Notes: generated by a model from the sequence alone, not told the origin. 64,000 nucleotides of DNA from an uncultured Verrucomicrobiae bacterium (GCA_963765205.1 CAVXVB010000002.1:57364-121363), one strand, 5' to 3'; shown: positions 9,241 to 19,026, counted from the first letter of the stretch. A program made the numbers and translations.

Positions 9241-10379
9241 TGACTACCTCTCGTCCCCTCAAAATCGGCATCACCTGCTACCCGTCGGTGGGGGGGAGCG
9301 GGGTGTTGGCGTCGGCGCTGGGTGAGGAGCTGGCGGGGCGGGGGCATGAGGTGCATTTCATCAGCTACGAGCGCCCGTTCCGCATCCCGCACGATTTGCC
9401 GCGGCTACAATTCCATCCGGTGGTCATCAACGACTACGGGCTGTTCAAATACCCGGACTACACGCTGCCGCTGTCGGTGAAAATGGCCGAGGTCAGCCGC
9501 GACTACGGGCTGGACGTCCTGCACGTCCATTACGCGGTGCCGCACGCGACGGCCGCCATCCTCGCGCGCGACATGCTGCCGCCGGAGCGGCGCCCGCGCG
9601 TCGTCACCACCCTGCACGGCACGGACACGACGCTGCTCGGGCGCGACGCGGGTTACGGCCCGGCCATCCGTCACGCGCTCGAGCGCTCGGACGCGGTCAC
9701 GACCGTCTCTGCGTTTTTGGAAAGGGAGACGCGGCGCCTGCTCGCCGTCGAGCGGCCCATCGAGGTCATCCACAATTTCTTTGCCCCGCGCGCGCCGAAA
9801 CATTCGCGCGAGGAAGTGCGGCGCGAACTCGGGCTAAAAGACGAGGCGCTGATTTTGCACGCTTCGAACCTGCGGCCGCTCAAGCGCATTGACCTCCTGC
9901 TGGAAACGGCAGCGCGCCTGCGCCCACGCGAGTCGTTCAAGCTCTTGATTCTGGCCGGCGACGATTTTGGCCCATTCCAAAGCGAGGTGGCGCGGCTGGG
10001 CCTAACCGACCGGGTCATTGTCCGCGAGCGCGTCACCGAGATGGAAGACTACCTGCAAGCCGCCGACGTGGGGCTGTTCACCTCGGAGACGGAAAGTTTT
10101 TGCCTGGGCATTCTGGAAGCGATGTTTTTCGGCTGCCCCAGCGTGGCCACGGCCGTCGGCGGCATTCCCGAGGTAACGATTTCGGGCGAGACGGGCCTGC
10201 TCATCCCCTTTGGCGACGCCGACGCGTTGGCTCGCGCGGTCGAATCGCTCCTGCACAATCCCGCCCGGCGCGCCGCGTTCGGCCAAGCGGCCCAAGCCCG
10301 CGCGCGCGAAAAGTTTACCGCCGCGACGATTGTCCCACTCTACGAGGATTTATACCGGCGGGTTTGTGCGGTGAAATAG
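9240..10379 (+). CDS. bshA: N-acetyl-alpha-D-glucosaminyl L-malate synthase (bacillithiol glycosyltransferase)
   Basis: LKIGITCYPSVGGSGVLASALGEELAGRGHEVHFIS...TTLHGTDTTLLG closely matches B. subtilis BshA (KIGITCYPSVGGSG...GHEIHFIT...TTLHGTDITVLG) as recalled. Confidence 0.85.
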   Translation: MTTSRPLKIGITCYPSVGGSGVLASALGEELAGRGHEVHFISYERPFRIPHDLPRLQFHPVVINDYGLFKYPDYTLPLSVKMAEVSRDYGLDVLHVHYAVPHATAAILARDMLPPERRPRVVTTLHGTDTTLLGRDAGYGPAIRHALERSDAVTTVSAFLERETRRLLAVERPIEVIHNFFAPRAPKHSREEVRRELGLKDEALILHASNLRPLKRIDLLLETAARLRPRESFKLLILAGDDFGPFQSEVARLGLTDRVIVRERVTEMEDYLQAADVGLFTSETESFCLGILEAMFFGCPSVATAVGGIPEVTISGETGLLIPFGDADALARAVESLLHNPARRAAFGQAAQARAREKFTAATIVPLYEDLYRRVCAVK

Positions 10380-10530
10380 GGCGCGCTTGGTTATCATTTA
10401 CCGCACGCCGTTCAACCCTGAACGGCATGCACAACCACCCTTTCAGCAACCGCCCCGCTACGCAGGGTTGCTGCTGTGTCGCGTCATCCGGTCAACTGAA
10501 CCCGGCGTTGAAGCCAGGGGGTGCGTCCCG

Positions 10531-10719
10531 TTATCGGGATTCGGAGAGCGCCGCCATGGTCTTGGCGATGAAGTTCGAGCGATTCCGGTTCTCGGCATCG
10601 GCCATTTTATCAATGCGGGCGACGAGATCGGAAGGCATCGAAAGGGAAATCTGGGTCATCCCTTTGGCGCGTGCTGCTCTACGTGTTTTTTTTGTTTTAT
10701 TTGCCATAGTGTGTGTCAT
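10531..10719 (-). CDS. Ribbon-helix-helix (CopG/Arc-type) DNA-binding protein, solitary
   Basis: ISLSMPSDLVARIDKMADAENRNRSNFIAKTM is a typical RHH beta-strand plus helix pattern. An alternative ATG lies at 10707. No adjacent toxin ORF. Confidence 0.55.
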   Translation of the reverse strand: MTHTMANKTKKTRRAARAKGMTQISLSMPSDLVARIDKMADAENRNRSNFIAKTMAALSESR

Positions 10720-10835
10720 GGTAAGGTTTGCCCCGGCGAACACAAACATTAATTACTCGCTGGATTAAATGCAAAAGCCCGGTTTGGTTTCGCGACCCTG
10801 GCCCGCAAGGTTGTGGCACCAATAGGAGCGCGGAC

Positions 10836-13262
10836 TTACCGCAAAGCACGGTGTGGACGGAAAAACGAGCTGACGAGGGCCAGCGAGAGCAGGGAACTCG
10901 ACGGCATTAAAATCGCCGCGAGGAGGGGATTCATTTTGCCCGCCAGGCAAAAGCCGCCCACCACGAGGTTGTAAGTGATGGCAAAGGCAATGGCGGCGCG
11001 CGCGGCGCGGCGGCGCACCCGGCCCACCGCCAGCAGTTGCCGCACGCCATCGAGGCTTTGACCGGTGAGAAAAAAGTCCGCAACTTGGCTGAGCACCACA
11101 CGGTCGGCCACCGGGGTGCCGCGCACCGCGGCGCAGCGGAACGCGAGCGCATCGTTTGCGCCGTCGCCAAGCATGAGCACGCGCTCCGGCTGGTGCGCGG
11201 TGACCCACGCGGCCTTGTCGTCGGGCATCAGGGCACCATGGGCGTGGTCGGGCGGCAGCCCCAGTTTCGCTGCGAGTGCGAGGACGTTTTCGGTGCGGTC
11301 GCCGCTGAGGATATGGATGTCGTAACCCTCGCCCATGAGCGCGGCGACTTCGGCGGCGACACCAGGGCGGACGGATTCGGCAAAGCCAAAACCCGCGAGC
11401 AAACGACCCTGGTGGCGAAACTCGACGCGGGGCGTGGCGCGGTCAGGTTCCGTGGATTGTGGGGTAGCCGGCCCATCGCAGCCTGGAATCCAGTCCGGTC
11501 GTCCCAGCGACCAATTTTCCGAGCCAATTTCCGCCACCAGGCCGAGGCCCGGCGTTTCACGCACGATCAGATTGGTCAAACCGGGCTCCAGGGCATCCGG
11601 GTAGCGCAGCAGCGCTTCGCGCAAGCCGCGGCTGAAGGGATGCAGGCTATTTTCGACGAGTTGGAAAAGAATGCGCCGCTCACCGGACGTGAGTGCTGTG
11701 AGGGCCTCCGTGTTTTGCAATACAGGATGTTCGAGCGTCAGCGTGCCGGTTTTGTCAAAGACGATGGTGCGCACGCGCGCGAGGCGCAACCACAGATGTG
11801 TCTCGCGCACAAACACACCCACGCCACGGAGGCGGGCCACGGCAAATTCGTGCGCCATCGGCAACGCCAGACCGAGCACGCACGGGCAGGACACCACCAG
11901 CAAGGAAAGCGTCACCCGTGCGGCCGTAATGGGTTGGTCCGCCGCCAGCCAGACGAGGCCGCCCGCCAACGCGAGCACCAGCACGGTGGCGAGGTAAACT
12001 TTGAGCGCGCGTTCGAGGCCGGTGGCACGCGGACGGCCATCGGCGCAGGCCTTCAGCAGACGCGCGAGCAACGAATCATCCCAGCGCTCCTGGGCTTGGA
12101 AGGTCAAATCCGCCTGCCCGGCGTTGAGGGCGCCGGCGGGCGCGAGGCGGCCGGCGGGCAGGCGGCGCGGTTCGGGTTCGCCCGTTATCCACGCCAGGCC
12201 GAGGGTTGCTTCGTGGTTAAGCACGCGCGCCGCCACGGGCAAAAGCTGGCCGGGGCCGATCAAAAAACAGTCCCCGGCAACCAGCGACTCCAGCGCGATA
12301 GAGCCGCCCGCCACCCCGGCCCGGCGCACTGAGGAAGGCACGGGATTGAGGCGGAGCAATTGATGGCGATTGCGCTCGATGGCGGTTTCCTGGGTCCAGC
12401 GGCCCACGAGCATAAAAAACATAAACAGGGAAACGAAATCGAAATAGGCCAGTTCGGGATGCCCAAACATCCAGCCGGCGAGCGAGCCAAGATACGCGCC
12501 CGTCACGCCGAGTGCAATGGGTAGGTCGAGGTCGAGCACGCCGATGCGCAAGCCGCGCCACGCCCGCGCCATGAAATAACCACCACCGACGATGAGGCTC
12601 AACGTCGCACACACCGCGGTGATGGCGGCAAACAGGCCGGTCCATTCACTTTCGCGCGCGAGGCCGATATAGCCCGGCAGCGTGAAGAGCATGTTGTTGA
12701 GGGCGAGGGCCGCACAAATGCCGAGCCGGCCGGCCAGCGCGCGGCTGCCAGGTGGCATGGGGCCGTCGAGGGGGCCGAGTTGGTAGCCGAAGCGGTGGAG
12801 TTCGCCCGCGATGGCCGACAAGTCCGCCACCTGCGACTCCCAGGTCAGGCGCGCGCGACCGCGCGGGGCGTCCACCTCGATGCGCACGGCGCCGGGCTGG
12901 CGGGAAAAAACTTGATCCACCAGCCAGACACAAGCTACGCAGGCGAGGCCCTGAATTTGGACGGACAATTCGGCCACCCCCCTGACCGCGCGCGTTTCCG
13001 CGTCGGCCTGGCGCGAACGCAACCAGGAGAAATCCACCGGTTGCAAAATCGAAGGCGCCACCGGCGGAATTATCGTGGACTTTAAATCATAATAGCGACC
13101 CCAGCCGGCCTGGTAGATAAGGCCATGGACATATTCACAGCCGGCGCAGCAAAACTCGGTCTGGCCAGCGGCCAGCGGCGTGCCGCAATGCTGGCAACCG
13201 CGGGTTGCTTCCGCGTGAGCTGCCGTCAGTATGGGGCGCGGGGGATCAAGGGCTAATGACAT
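10836..13262 (-). CDS. ccoI: Heavy-metal (Cu) translocating P-type ATPase, cbb3 maturation type
   Basis: DKTGTLT, the CPC motif (VSCPCVLGLALP) and GDGANDA are present. The N-terminal CxxC...CxxC Zn-ribbon-like region begins at ATG 13262 (MSLALDPP). The upstream 203 codons of the ORF track overlap the TauE-like gene and are rejected. Confidence 0.85.
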   Translation of the reverse strand: MSLALDPPRPILTAAHAEATRGCQHCGTPLAAGQTEFCCAGCEYVHGLIYQAGWGRYYDLKSTIIPPVAPSILQPVDFSWLRSRQADAETRAVRGVAELSVQIQGLACVACVWLVDQVFSRQPGAVRIEVDAPRGRARLTWESQVADLSAIAGELHRFGYQLGPLDGPMPPGSRALAGRLGICAALALNNMLFTLPGYIGLARESEWTGLFAAITAVCATLSLIVGGGYFMARAWRGLRIGVLDLDLPIALGVTGAYLGSLAGWMFGHPELAYFDFVSLFMFFMLVGRWTQETAIERNRHQLLRLNPVPSSVRRAGVAGGSIALESLVAGDCFLIGPGQLLPVAARVLNHEATLGLAWITGEPEPRRLPAGRLAPAGALNAGQADLTFQAQERWDDSLLARLLKACADGRPRATGLERALKVYLATVLVLALAGGLVWLAADQPITAARVTLSLLVVSCPCVLGLALPMAHEFAVARLRGVGVFVRETHLWLRLARVRTIVFDKTGTLTLEHPVLQNTEALTALTSGERRILFQLVENSLHPFSRGLREALLRYPDALEPGLTNLIVRETPGLGLVAEIGSENWSLGRPDWIPGCDGPATPQSTEPDRATPRVEFRHQGRLLAGFGFAESVRPGVAAEVAALMGEGYDIHILSGDRTENVLALAAKLGLPPDHAHGALMPDDKAAWVTAHQPERVLMLGDGANDALAFRCAAVRGTPVADRVVLSQVADFFLTGQSLDGVRQLLAVGRVRRRAARAAIAFAITYNLVVGGFCLAGKMNPLLAAILMPSSSLLSLALVSSFFRPHRALR

Positions 13263-13939
13263 ATTGCCTCCAGCCAATGGGTGCCACCGGATGAGGCGCG
13301 CCAGGCGACGATGCCTGCGGCGCCGAGCGCAACCGCGCTTTGCGTCCAGCGCACGCGTGCGGGGGAAAAGTGGATTTGCCAGCGGGCGAGGCCGGCTTGC
13401 ACGAGCCAGAGCAGCGGCAAAGTGCCCAGGCCAAAGGCCAAAGCGAGCGTCGCGCCGTGCACTGCGGAGCCGGCAAACAAGCACACGGTAAATAAAACAT
13501 ACAACGGCCCGCACGGCAGCAGGGGCGTGGCCGCGCCCAGCAGTGCGCCCAGCAACGGTGCGGGTGTATTCCGCGCCAAGCACATGATCCGACCATGCCA
13601 GCGGGAAAGCCACAGCGGCTTCGGCAGCCACCGATCCAACCGCAGGGCGAAGATGACCAGAAACAAGACGAGCACCCACGGCAACGCCCTGGCCAGCGGC
13701 CAGGTAAACGCTTTTTCGGTGACGGTACCGATACCGCCCGCCAGCGCGCCAATCACCGCATAGGCCGTTAACCGCACACTCTGGTAAACCGACATGGCTG
13801 GCAGGGTCGCAGCCGCCGGGCGGCCGGCGGTGAGCACTGCGCATCCGAGCGGCCCGCACATTAGCGCGCAATGCGGACTGGTCGCCAGCCCGATTAAAAA
13901 GGCCGCCGCAACGCCATCAATGGATGCTGGGGAAAACAT
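13253..13939 (-). CDS. TauE/SafE (DsbD_2-like) family membrane protein of the cbb3 cluster
   Basis: Polytopic membrane protein with SPHCALMCGPL and LLPCGPLY cysteine motifs. Its position between ccoG and ccoI is typical of such clusters. Confidence 0.6.
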   Translation of the reverse strand: MFSPASIDGVAAAFLIGLATSPHCALMCGPLGCAVLTAGRPAAATLPAMSVYQSVRLTAYAVIGALAGGIGTVTEKAFTWPLARALPWVLVLFLVIFALRLDRWLPKPLWLSRWHGRIMCLARNTPAPLLGALLGAATPLLPCGPLYVLFTVCLFAGSAVHGATLALAFGLGTLPLLWLVQAGLARWQIHFSPARVRWTQSAVALGAAGIVAWRASSGGTHWLEAICH

Positions 13940-13957
13940 GGAGCAAGCGCGAGTGGC

Positions 13958-14098
13958 TTAGGGCGTGGATCGTGCCACGGAAATATTTTCAGCTTTGACA
14001 TCCCGCGCTGGATTATTGGCCGCGATGATTAAAAAAATCGTCCAGGCTACAAGTAACGCGGCAAAGGCGGCGGCGCACCACAGCCAAGGCCAGCGCAC
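13958..14098 (-). CDS. Possible small TM protein (FixH N-terminal-like?)
   Basis: GTG 14098 gives VRWPWLWCAAAFAALLVAWTIFLIIAANNP. It overlaps the ccoG 3' end by about 50 nt in another frame, so either call could be wrong. Confidence 0.2.
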   Translation of the reverse strand: MRWPWLWCAAAFAALLVAWTIFLIIAANNPARDVKAENISVARSTP

Positions 14099-15546
14099 CA
14101 ACGGATTGCGGGATGGGGCGGCGGGGTTAATGGCGTGGGTGGGGCAGTGTCCTCGCGCAGGAGCCGTGCATCCGGCCCCAACCATTCAACCCGCAAGGGA
14201 AGCGTAAAAGAGGGGTCCGTACCCATGACGCGTACGGTGACGTTGGCCGGCCCGGCATAGTCGCCGCGGTTTTGTTGCAGGACGATGGGCAGCACCGTTT
14301 CATCGCTGGGCGGTAATATGACCGTGTCGTTGGTGCCGACCAGGTGTAGTCCCGCCGGTGCGTTTTCCAGAGCGAAGTGCAAGGACTGCGGAGCATCGTG
14401 CTTGTTGATGAGGCGGAGGTTGAACTGGTTGCGCACGGTGTCAGGCGTGATGAAATAGGGCCGGCCGGTCATGCGCACAATCGAGGCGTCCACCGGCCGC
14501 AGGGTCGAAAAGCTGAACAAGGCCACGGTGGCGCCGATCAACAGTAGCATGGTGTAGAGAATCATGCGTGGGCGCAGCACGCGGCGGCGCTTGCCGACCA
14601 GCCCGTTGAGCGAATCATAACGCACCAGGCCGCGCGGGCGGCCCAGCTTTTCCATCACTTGATTGCAGGCGTCAATGCAGCCGGCGCAGCCGATGCACTC
14701 GATTTGAAAACCCTGGCGGATGTCAATGCCCGTGGGGCATACTTGCACGCAGCGCAGGCAATTCGCGCAGGCGCCCGCTGCGGGGTCGGTGGCTTTGCCG
14801 CGCGGCTCGCCGCGTTTCGCGTCATAGCCGATGACCAGCGTGTCGTCATCCGTGAGCGCCGACTGGAAGCGCCCGTAGGGGCACAAAATGAGGCAGAATT
14901 GCTCCCGAAACCAGGCGAAGTTGAAATAGAGCAGCCCGGTGAGCGCCGCCACGAACAGGAACGCGCTCCAATGCTGGGCCGGGTCGTCGCGCATCCACTC
15001 GTAGAGTTGCGGGATCGAAACAAAATAGGCCAGAAAGAGGTGCGCGATGATGGCGGAGAGCAACAGGAAGATCACCACTTTGGCGCCCCGGCGGAAAAAT
15101 TTGTCCGGGGTGGCCCACGATTGGCTGTCCAACAGGCGCTGATGGTGCGCAGGGCCTTCGAGCCAGCGTTCGACGCGGCGGTAGAGATGTTCGAGAAAAA
15201 TCGTTTGCGGACAGGCCCACCCGCACCAGATGCGCCCGAGCAGCGCCGTGACGTAAAACAACGTGAAGCCCAAGCCGGTGATGAGGAAAAACATCAGCCA
15301 CAGATCCTGCGGAGCAAACGTCAGCCCGAACAAATGGAAACGCCGTTGCGCGACATCCAGAAATACCGCCGGGTAGCCGTTGATTTTAATCCAGGGCAAC
15401 AAGACATACACGCCCATGATCACGACGGCGGCCAGCCGCCGACTTTGCGTGAACTTGCCATCCACGTCCGCCGGGTGCAGAAAATTGCGCGAGCCATCGC
15501 GGTTGATGGTCGTGACGACATCACGGTTGGGCAGGGAAATGGCCAT
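14047..15546 (-). CDS. ccoG: Cytochrome c oxidase accessory protein CcoG (4Fe-4S)
   Basis: N-terminal RDGSRNFLHPADVDGKF. Ferredoxin motifs CANCLRCVQVCPTGIDIR and CIGCAGCIDACN. Confidence 0.85.
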   Translation of the reverse strand: MAISLPNRDVVTTINRDGSRNFLHPADVDGKFTQSRRLAAVVIMGVYVLLPWIKINGYPAVFLDVAQRRFHLFGLTFAPQDLWLMFFLITGLGFTLFYVTALLGRIWCGWACPQTIFLEHLYRRVERWLEGPAHHQRLLDSQSWATPDKFFRRGAKVVIFLLLSAIIAHLFLAYFVSIPQLYEWMRDDPAQHWSAFLFVAALTGLLYFNFAWFREQFCLILCPYGRFQSALTDDDTLVIGYDAKRGEPRGKATDPAAGACANCLRCVQVCPTGIDIRQGFQIECIGCAGCIDACNQVMEKLGRPRGLVRYDSLNGLVGKRRRVLRPRMILYTMLLLIGATVALFSFSTLRPVDASIVRMTGRPYFITPDTVRNQFNLRLINKHDAPQSLHFALENAPAGLHLVGTNDTVILPPSDETVLPIVLQQNRGDYAGPANVTVRVMGTDPSFTLPLRVEWLGPDARLLREDTAPPTPLTPPPHPAIRWCAGLGCGAPPPLPRYL

Positions 15547-15556
15547 GGTAGCGAGA

Positions 15557-16150
15557 TTACGGTTGCGCGGGCTTGTGCTGGAGCGTGGGCTCCTGGTCGC
15601 GCGGGATGAGAATCATGTTGTTCGGGTCCTGCTTGCTGAGCAGAAACGCGACGACTTGGGTGATTTTTTGCGGGCCGAGTTGGGCACCCCAGGTGGGCAT
15701 CCCCGTGCCCGGCACGCCTTTGGTCACCACCATGAAAATTTCCATCGGCTTGGTGCCATGCACCCACAGGTTGTCGCTGAGCCGGAACCCGATGCCGCCT
15801 TGCAAGTTAACGCCGTGGCAGGTGTAGCAGATGCTTTGGTAAACCTTTTCGCCTTGGGCGACGATGGTTTGGTTGCGGGACATACCCCACAGGGTTTTGT
15901 CATCGAGGTTCTTAATAGCAGCGAAACGCCTGGCGTCCAATGCGTCCATTTGGCTGTCGAGCCGGCGCGTGTCGGCGTCGGCACCCTTGTCCGTGGTGAA
16001 AAACAGCCACGCGAACGCCCCAAAGGCGATGGCGCCAAACAGGGTATAGAGCCACCAATTCGGCAGCCGCTGGTCGAACTCCTGAATGCCGTCGAAAGAA
16101 TGCTCGCGGAGCACCACTTCGTTATCGGTCGGTTTTTTGGGAGGGTTCAT
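15557..16150 (-). CDS. ccoP: cbb3-type oxidase subunit CcoP-like, monoheme
   Basis: ATG 16150 (MNPPKKP). FixP_N-like HSFDGIQEFDQRLPNWWLY and a single CYTCH heme site. Confidence 0.75.
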   Translation of the reverse strand: MNPPKKPTDNEVVLREHSFDGIQEFDQRLPNWWLYTLFGAIAFGAFAWLFFTTDKGADADTRRLDSQMDALDARRFAAIKNLDDKTLWGMSRNQTIVAQGEKVYQSICYTCHGVNLQGGIGFRLSDNLWVHGTKPMEIFMVVTKGVPGTGMPTWGAQLGPQKITQVVAFLLSKQDPNNMILIPRDQEPTLQHKPAQP

Positions 16151-16163
16151 GATCGGGAAAAAG

Positions 16164-16355
16164 TTAGTGGGGGTCGTTCTTCGGCGACCGGGGCACTTCG
16201 TGGTCATCAAGTGGCAGGCGTGCGGCGCGCTCCGCGTGGCGCGAATCCATCCGCCAGAGGCGCAACGCGGAAAACGCATACACGCCGAACACAATCGCGA
16301 AGGCGATGGCCGGAACCCAGGCAAGCCAATCCTCGTAATTCAAATGATAGAGCAT
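16164..16355 (-). CDS. ccoQ: CcoQ/FixQ-like small membrane subunit
   Basis: 63 aa with one TM helix and an acidic tail (RLPLDDHE). Lies between ccoNO and ccoP. Confidence 0.5.
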   Translation of the reverse strand: MLYHLNYEDWLAWVPAIAFAIVFGVYAFSALRLWRMDSRHAERAARLPLDDHEVPRSPKNDPH

Positions 16356-16368
16356 GGGTGGTGATGGG

Positions 16369-18765
16369 TTAAGGTTTCAGGGCGGCGGAAGGGGGTGCAA
16401 CCGGGGCGGCTGCGATGGGGGCGGCTGCGACAGCCGCCGTCCCCGCCTCCGGTTGATCTTGCACGTTTTTGCCCAGGCGCTCCAAGTAGGCGATGACGGC
16501 GACGATTTCCCGGTCCGGATCGGTGTAGAGGTCTTTACCAGGCTTCTTGAGTTCGTCGGCGATGCCTTGGGCCTGCTCCTTGGCCTGGCGGTCAATTTCC
16601 GCCGGCGTGAGCGTCAACGGGTAGGGTACACCCAACGTGCGCAAGGCGTTGATTTTTGACGGGAGCGAGGCGTAGTCGGTGTCGTCATTATACAGCCAGG
16701 TGTAGCGCGGCATGATCGAGCCGGGTGAGGTGGAGCGCGGGTCGGCCAGATGGAGGAAGTGCCAGTCCACGGAGCGTGCCCCGCCTTCGCGGGCCAAGTC
16801 GGGGCCATTACGTTTTGAGCCCCACTGGAACGGGTGGTCATAAATGCTTTCGCCGAGGCGGGAATAATCGCCGTAACGCATCACGTCCGGCAGGAGCGTG
16901 CGAATCATCTGCGAATGGCAGAGGTAGCAACCTTCGCGGATGTAGATGTCACGGCCGGCGAGTTCAAGCGGGGTAAAAGGCGTTTCAATGCGGCCTTCCA
17001 GATTTTTGTCGGTGTCGAGCGTGACGGTGGGCAAAATTTCAATTGTGCCGCCAATGGCCACCGCGATAAAAGTCAGCACGCCGAACGAGAGTGAGCTGCG
17101 GATCAGCCGGTCATACCACTGGCTCCAGGTGGCACCGGACAATTCGAAGTGAACAATGGCCAGGGCCGTCCATACCGTGAGGCTGACCAAACCGGCGATG
17201 CTCCAGAAGCCGCCGCCCAGCAGCCACAGCGCGAAGCTGACGATGATGGCAAAGCAATAAACCACCGGCGCGTTGAGGAACGTCCCCCCAAAGCTGAGGC
17301 GCGCGACCGCCGCGACTGTGGGAATTTGAATGGTGCCGTTGACCGGCTGGCCGGAGCGCGCGGTGTGCCAGATATTATAGACCAACATGAAAAACCCGCC
17401 TAGGTAGAGCGTGCCTCCGACCAAGCGCGTGGCGAGCATCGGATGGATGGCCTGGACTGTTTCGAGAAACTGATTTTTCAGCGCCAGGCCGTCCGGGGTG
17501 AGCTGGTTGAGCATCAGCCCCTGCGTGATGCCGCTCACCCACATTGAGCCGACGTAGAGCAGGATGCCGACCATCCCGATCCAAAAGTGCAGGTTGGCCA
17601 GGCTGGTCGAATAGAGCTTGGTGTTCCACAGGCGCGGAGCTAGCCAGTAGAACATGCCTGCGGCCATAAAGCCGTTCCAACCGAGCGTGCCGCCATGCAC
17701 ATGTGCGATCACCCAATCCGTATAGTGAGCAAGCGCGTTGACCGACGGAATGGCCAGCAGCGGGCCTTCGAAGGTGGACATTCCATAGAATGTCACACCG
17801 GCGGCGAAAAATTTTAAGACGGGATCTATGCGGACCTTGTCCCACGCGCCGCGCAAGGTGAGCAAGCCGTTCAACATGCCGCCCCAGCTCGGTGCCCAGA
17901 GCATCAGGCTAAAGATCATGCCAAGCGTTTGGAGCCAGGCGGGCAGCGCGGAGTTGAGCAGGTGGTGCGGCCCGGCCCAGATGTAAACAAACACCAGCGA
18001 CCAGAAGTGGACCACGCTAAGGCGGTAGGAATACACCGGCCGCTCCGCCGCCTTGGGCAGGTAATAATACATGATGCCCAACACCGGCGTGGTCAAGAAG
18101 AAGGCCACCGCGTTGTGCCCATACCACCATTCGACAAGGGCGTCCTGCACCCCGCCAAACACCGGGTAGCTCTGCAGCATGCTGGTGGGAAGCGAGAGGT
18201 GGTTGATGACGTAAAGCATCGCCACCGTGATGATGGTCGCGATGTAGAACCAGAGGGCCACATAGAGCGTCGGCTCATTCCGCCGCGCCAGCGTCCAGAA
18301 AAAATTCACCGCAAAGATTATCCAGATGAGCGCGACGGCGATGTTGATGGGCCAGATCAACTCGGCGTATTCCTTGCCGCGGGTCAGCCCCAGCGGCAGG
18401 GTGATGGCCGCGGCCACAATGATGAGCTGCCAGCCCCAGAAGTGAATCCACGACAGCGTCTTCGAGGCCAGGCGGCATTTGCACAACCGCTGGGTTGAGT
18501 AATAGATGCCCGCGAAAATCATGTTGCCCACGAATGCGAAGATCGCGCCATTGGTGTGCAGGGGGCGGATGCGACCGAAGGTGATCTCCGCGATGTTGAG
18601 ATTCACCTGCCAAAAATTGAGCTCGGCGGCGATAAGCACGCCGATGGCCATCGCGACGATGGACCAGAAGATGGACGCGCACATGAACCACCGCACGATG
18701 CGATCGTCGAATTCAATCGTCGTGAGGCGGGCGCCGGATGATGAGGGTTGGGTGGAATCAGTCAT
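16369..18765 (-). CDS. ccoNO: cbb3-type cytochrome c oxidase, fused subunits I+II (CcoNO)
   Basis: ATG 18765 (MTDSTQP). The heme-copper subunit I body (HFWGWQ, WYGHNAV, HYTDWVIAHVHGG) is followed by a CcoO-like CYLCHSQMIR heme-c domain in one ORF. Confidence 0.9.
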   Translation of the reverse strand: MTDSTQPSSSGARLTTIEFDDRIVRWFMCASIFWSIVAMAIGVLIAAELNFWQVNLNIAEITFGRIRPLHTNGAIFAFVGNMIFAGIYYSTQRLCKCRLASKTLSWIHFWGWQLIIVAAAITLPLGLTRGKEYAELIWPINIAVALIWIIFAVNFFWTLARRNEPTLYVALWFYIATIITVAMLYVINHLSLPTSMLQSYPVFGGVQDALVEWWYGHNAVAFFLTTPVLGIMYYYLPKAAERPVYSYRLSVVHFWSLVFVYIWAGPHHLLNSALPAWLQTLGMIFSLMLWAPSWGGMLNGLLTLRGAWDKVRIDPVLKFFAAGVTFYGMSTFEGPLLAIPSVNALAHYTDWVIAHVHGGTLGWNGFMAAGMFYWLAPRLWNTKLYSTSLANLHFWIGMVGILLYVGSMWVSGITQGLMLNQLTPDGLALKNQFLETVQAIHPMLATRLVGGTLYLGGFFMLVYNIWHTARSGQPVNGTIQIPTVAAVARLSFGGTFLNAPVVYCFAIIVSFALWLLGGGFWSIAGLVSLTVWTALAIVHFELSGATWSQWYDRLIRSSLSFGVLTFIAVAIGGTIEILPTVTLDTDKNLEGRIETPFTPLELAGRDIYIREGCYLCHSQMIRTLLPDVMRYGDYSRLGESIYDHPFQWGSKRNGPDLAREGGARSVDWHFLHLADPRSTSPGSIMPRYTWLYNDDTDYASLPSKINALRTLGVPYPLTLTPAEIDRQAKEQAQGIADELKKPGKDLYTDPDREIVAVIAYLERLGKNVQDQPEAGTAAVAAAPIAAAPVAPPSAALKP

Positions 18766-18790
18766 GGTGGAATAAGGAAAAATGCTGGAT

Positions 18791-18976
18791 TTAACGGGTG
18801 GTAGGCGGGCTGGGCGGCCGCTGGCGCGCGGGCACGGGCGTTTCGTCCTCGAGTGGCAGGAGGGACGCTCGCTCGGCGCTGGCAAACGGATGGGAGCGCC
18901 AGTCGCGCAGGAACAGCCACGCGAACATCCCGGCGAGCAGCATGCTCAGGAACATGGTTAGGAAAAGGACTTGCAT
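18791..18976 (-). CDS. ccoS: CcoS-like cbb3 assembly protein
   Basis: 61 aa with an N-terminal TM helix and an acidic tail (LLPLEDE), immediately upstream of ccoNO. Weak sequence match to canonical CcoS. Confidence 0.5.
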   Translation of the reverse strand: MQVLFLTMFLSMLLAGMFAWLFLRDWRSHPFASAERASLLPLEDETPVPARQRPPSPPTTR

Positions 18977-19002
18977 GATGGTGATGGGTGAATTTTTTTA
19001 TC

Positions 19003-19026
19003 GTTTAAAATAACCACGTATTAAAC
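19003..19026. promoter_or_regulatory. Inverted repeat GTTTAA-N12-TTAAAC upstream of ccoS
   Basis: gtttaaaataaccacgtattaaac lies 27-50 bp upstream of the ccoS start, in an AT-rich patch. Confidence 0.3.

Noticed and set aside
13263-13871. 203-codon N-terminal extension of the ccoI ORF in the ORF track.
   Set aside because: It overlaps the TauE-like gene in another frame, and its translation is Arg-rich nonsense. The recognisable ATPase N-terminus starts at ATG 13262.
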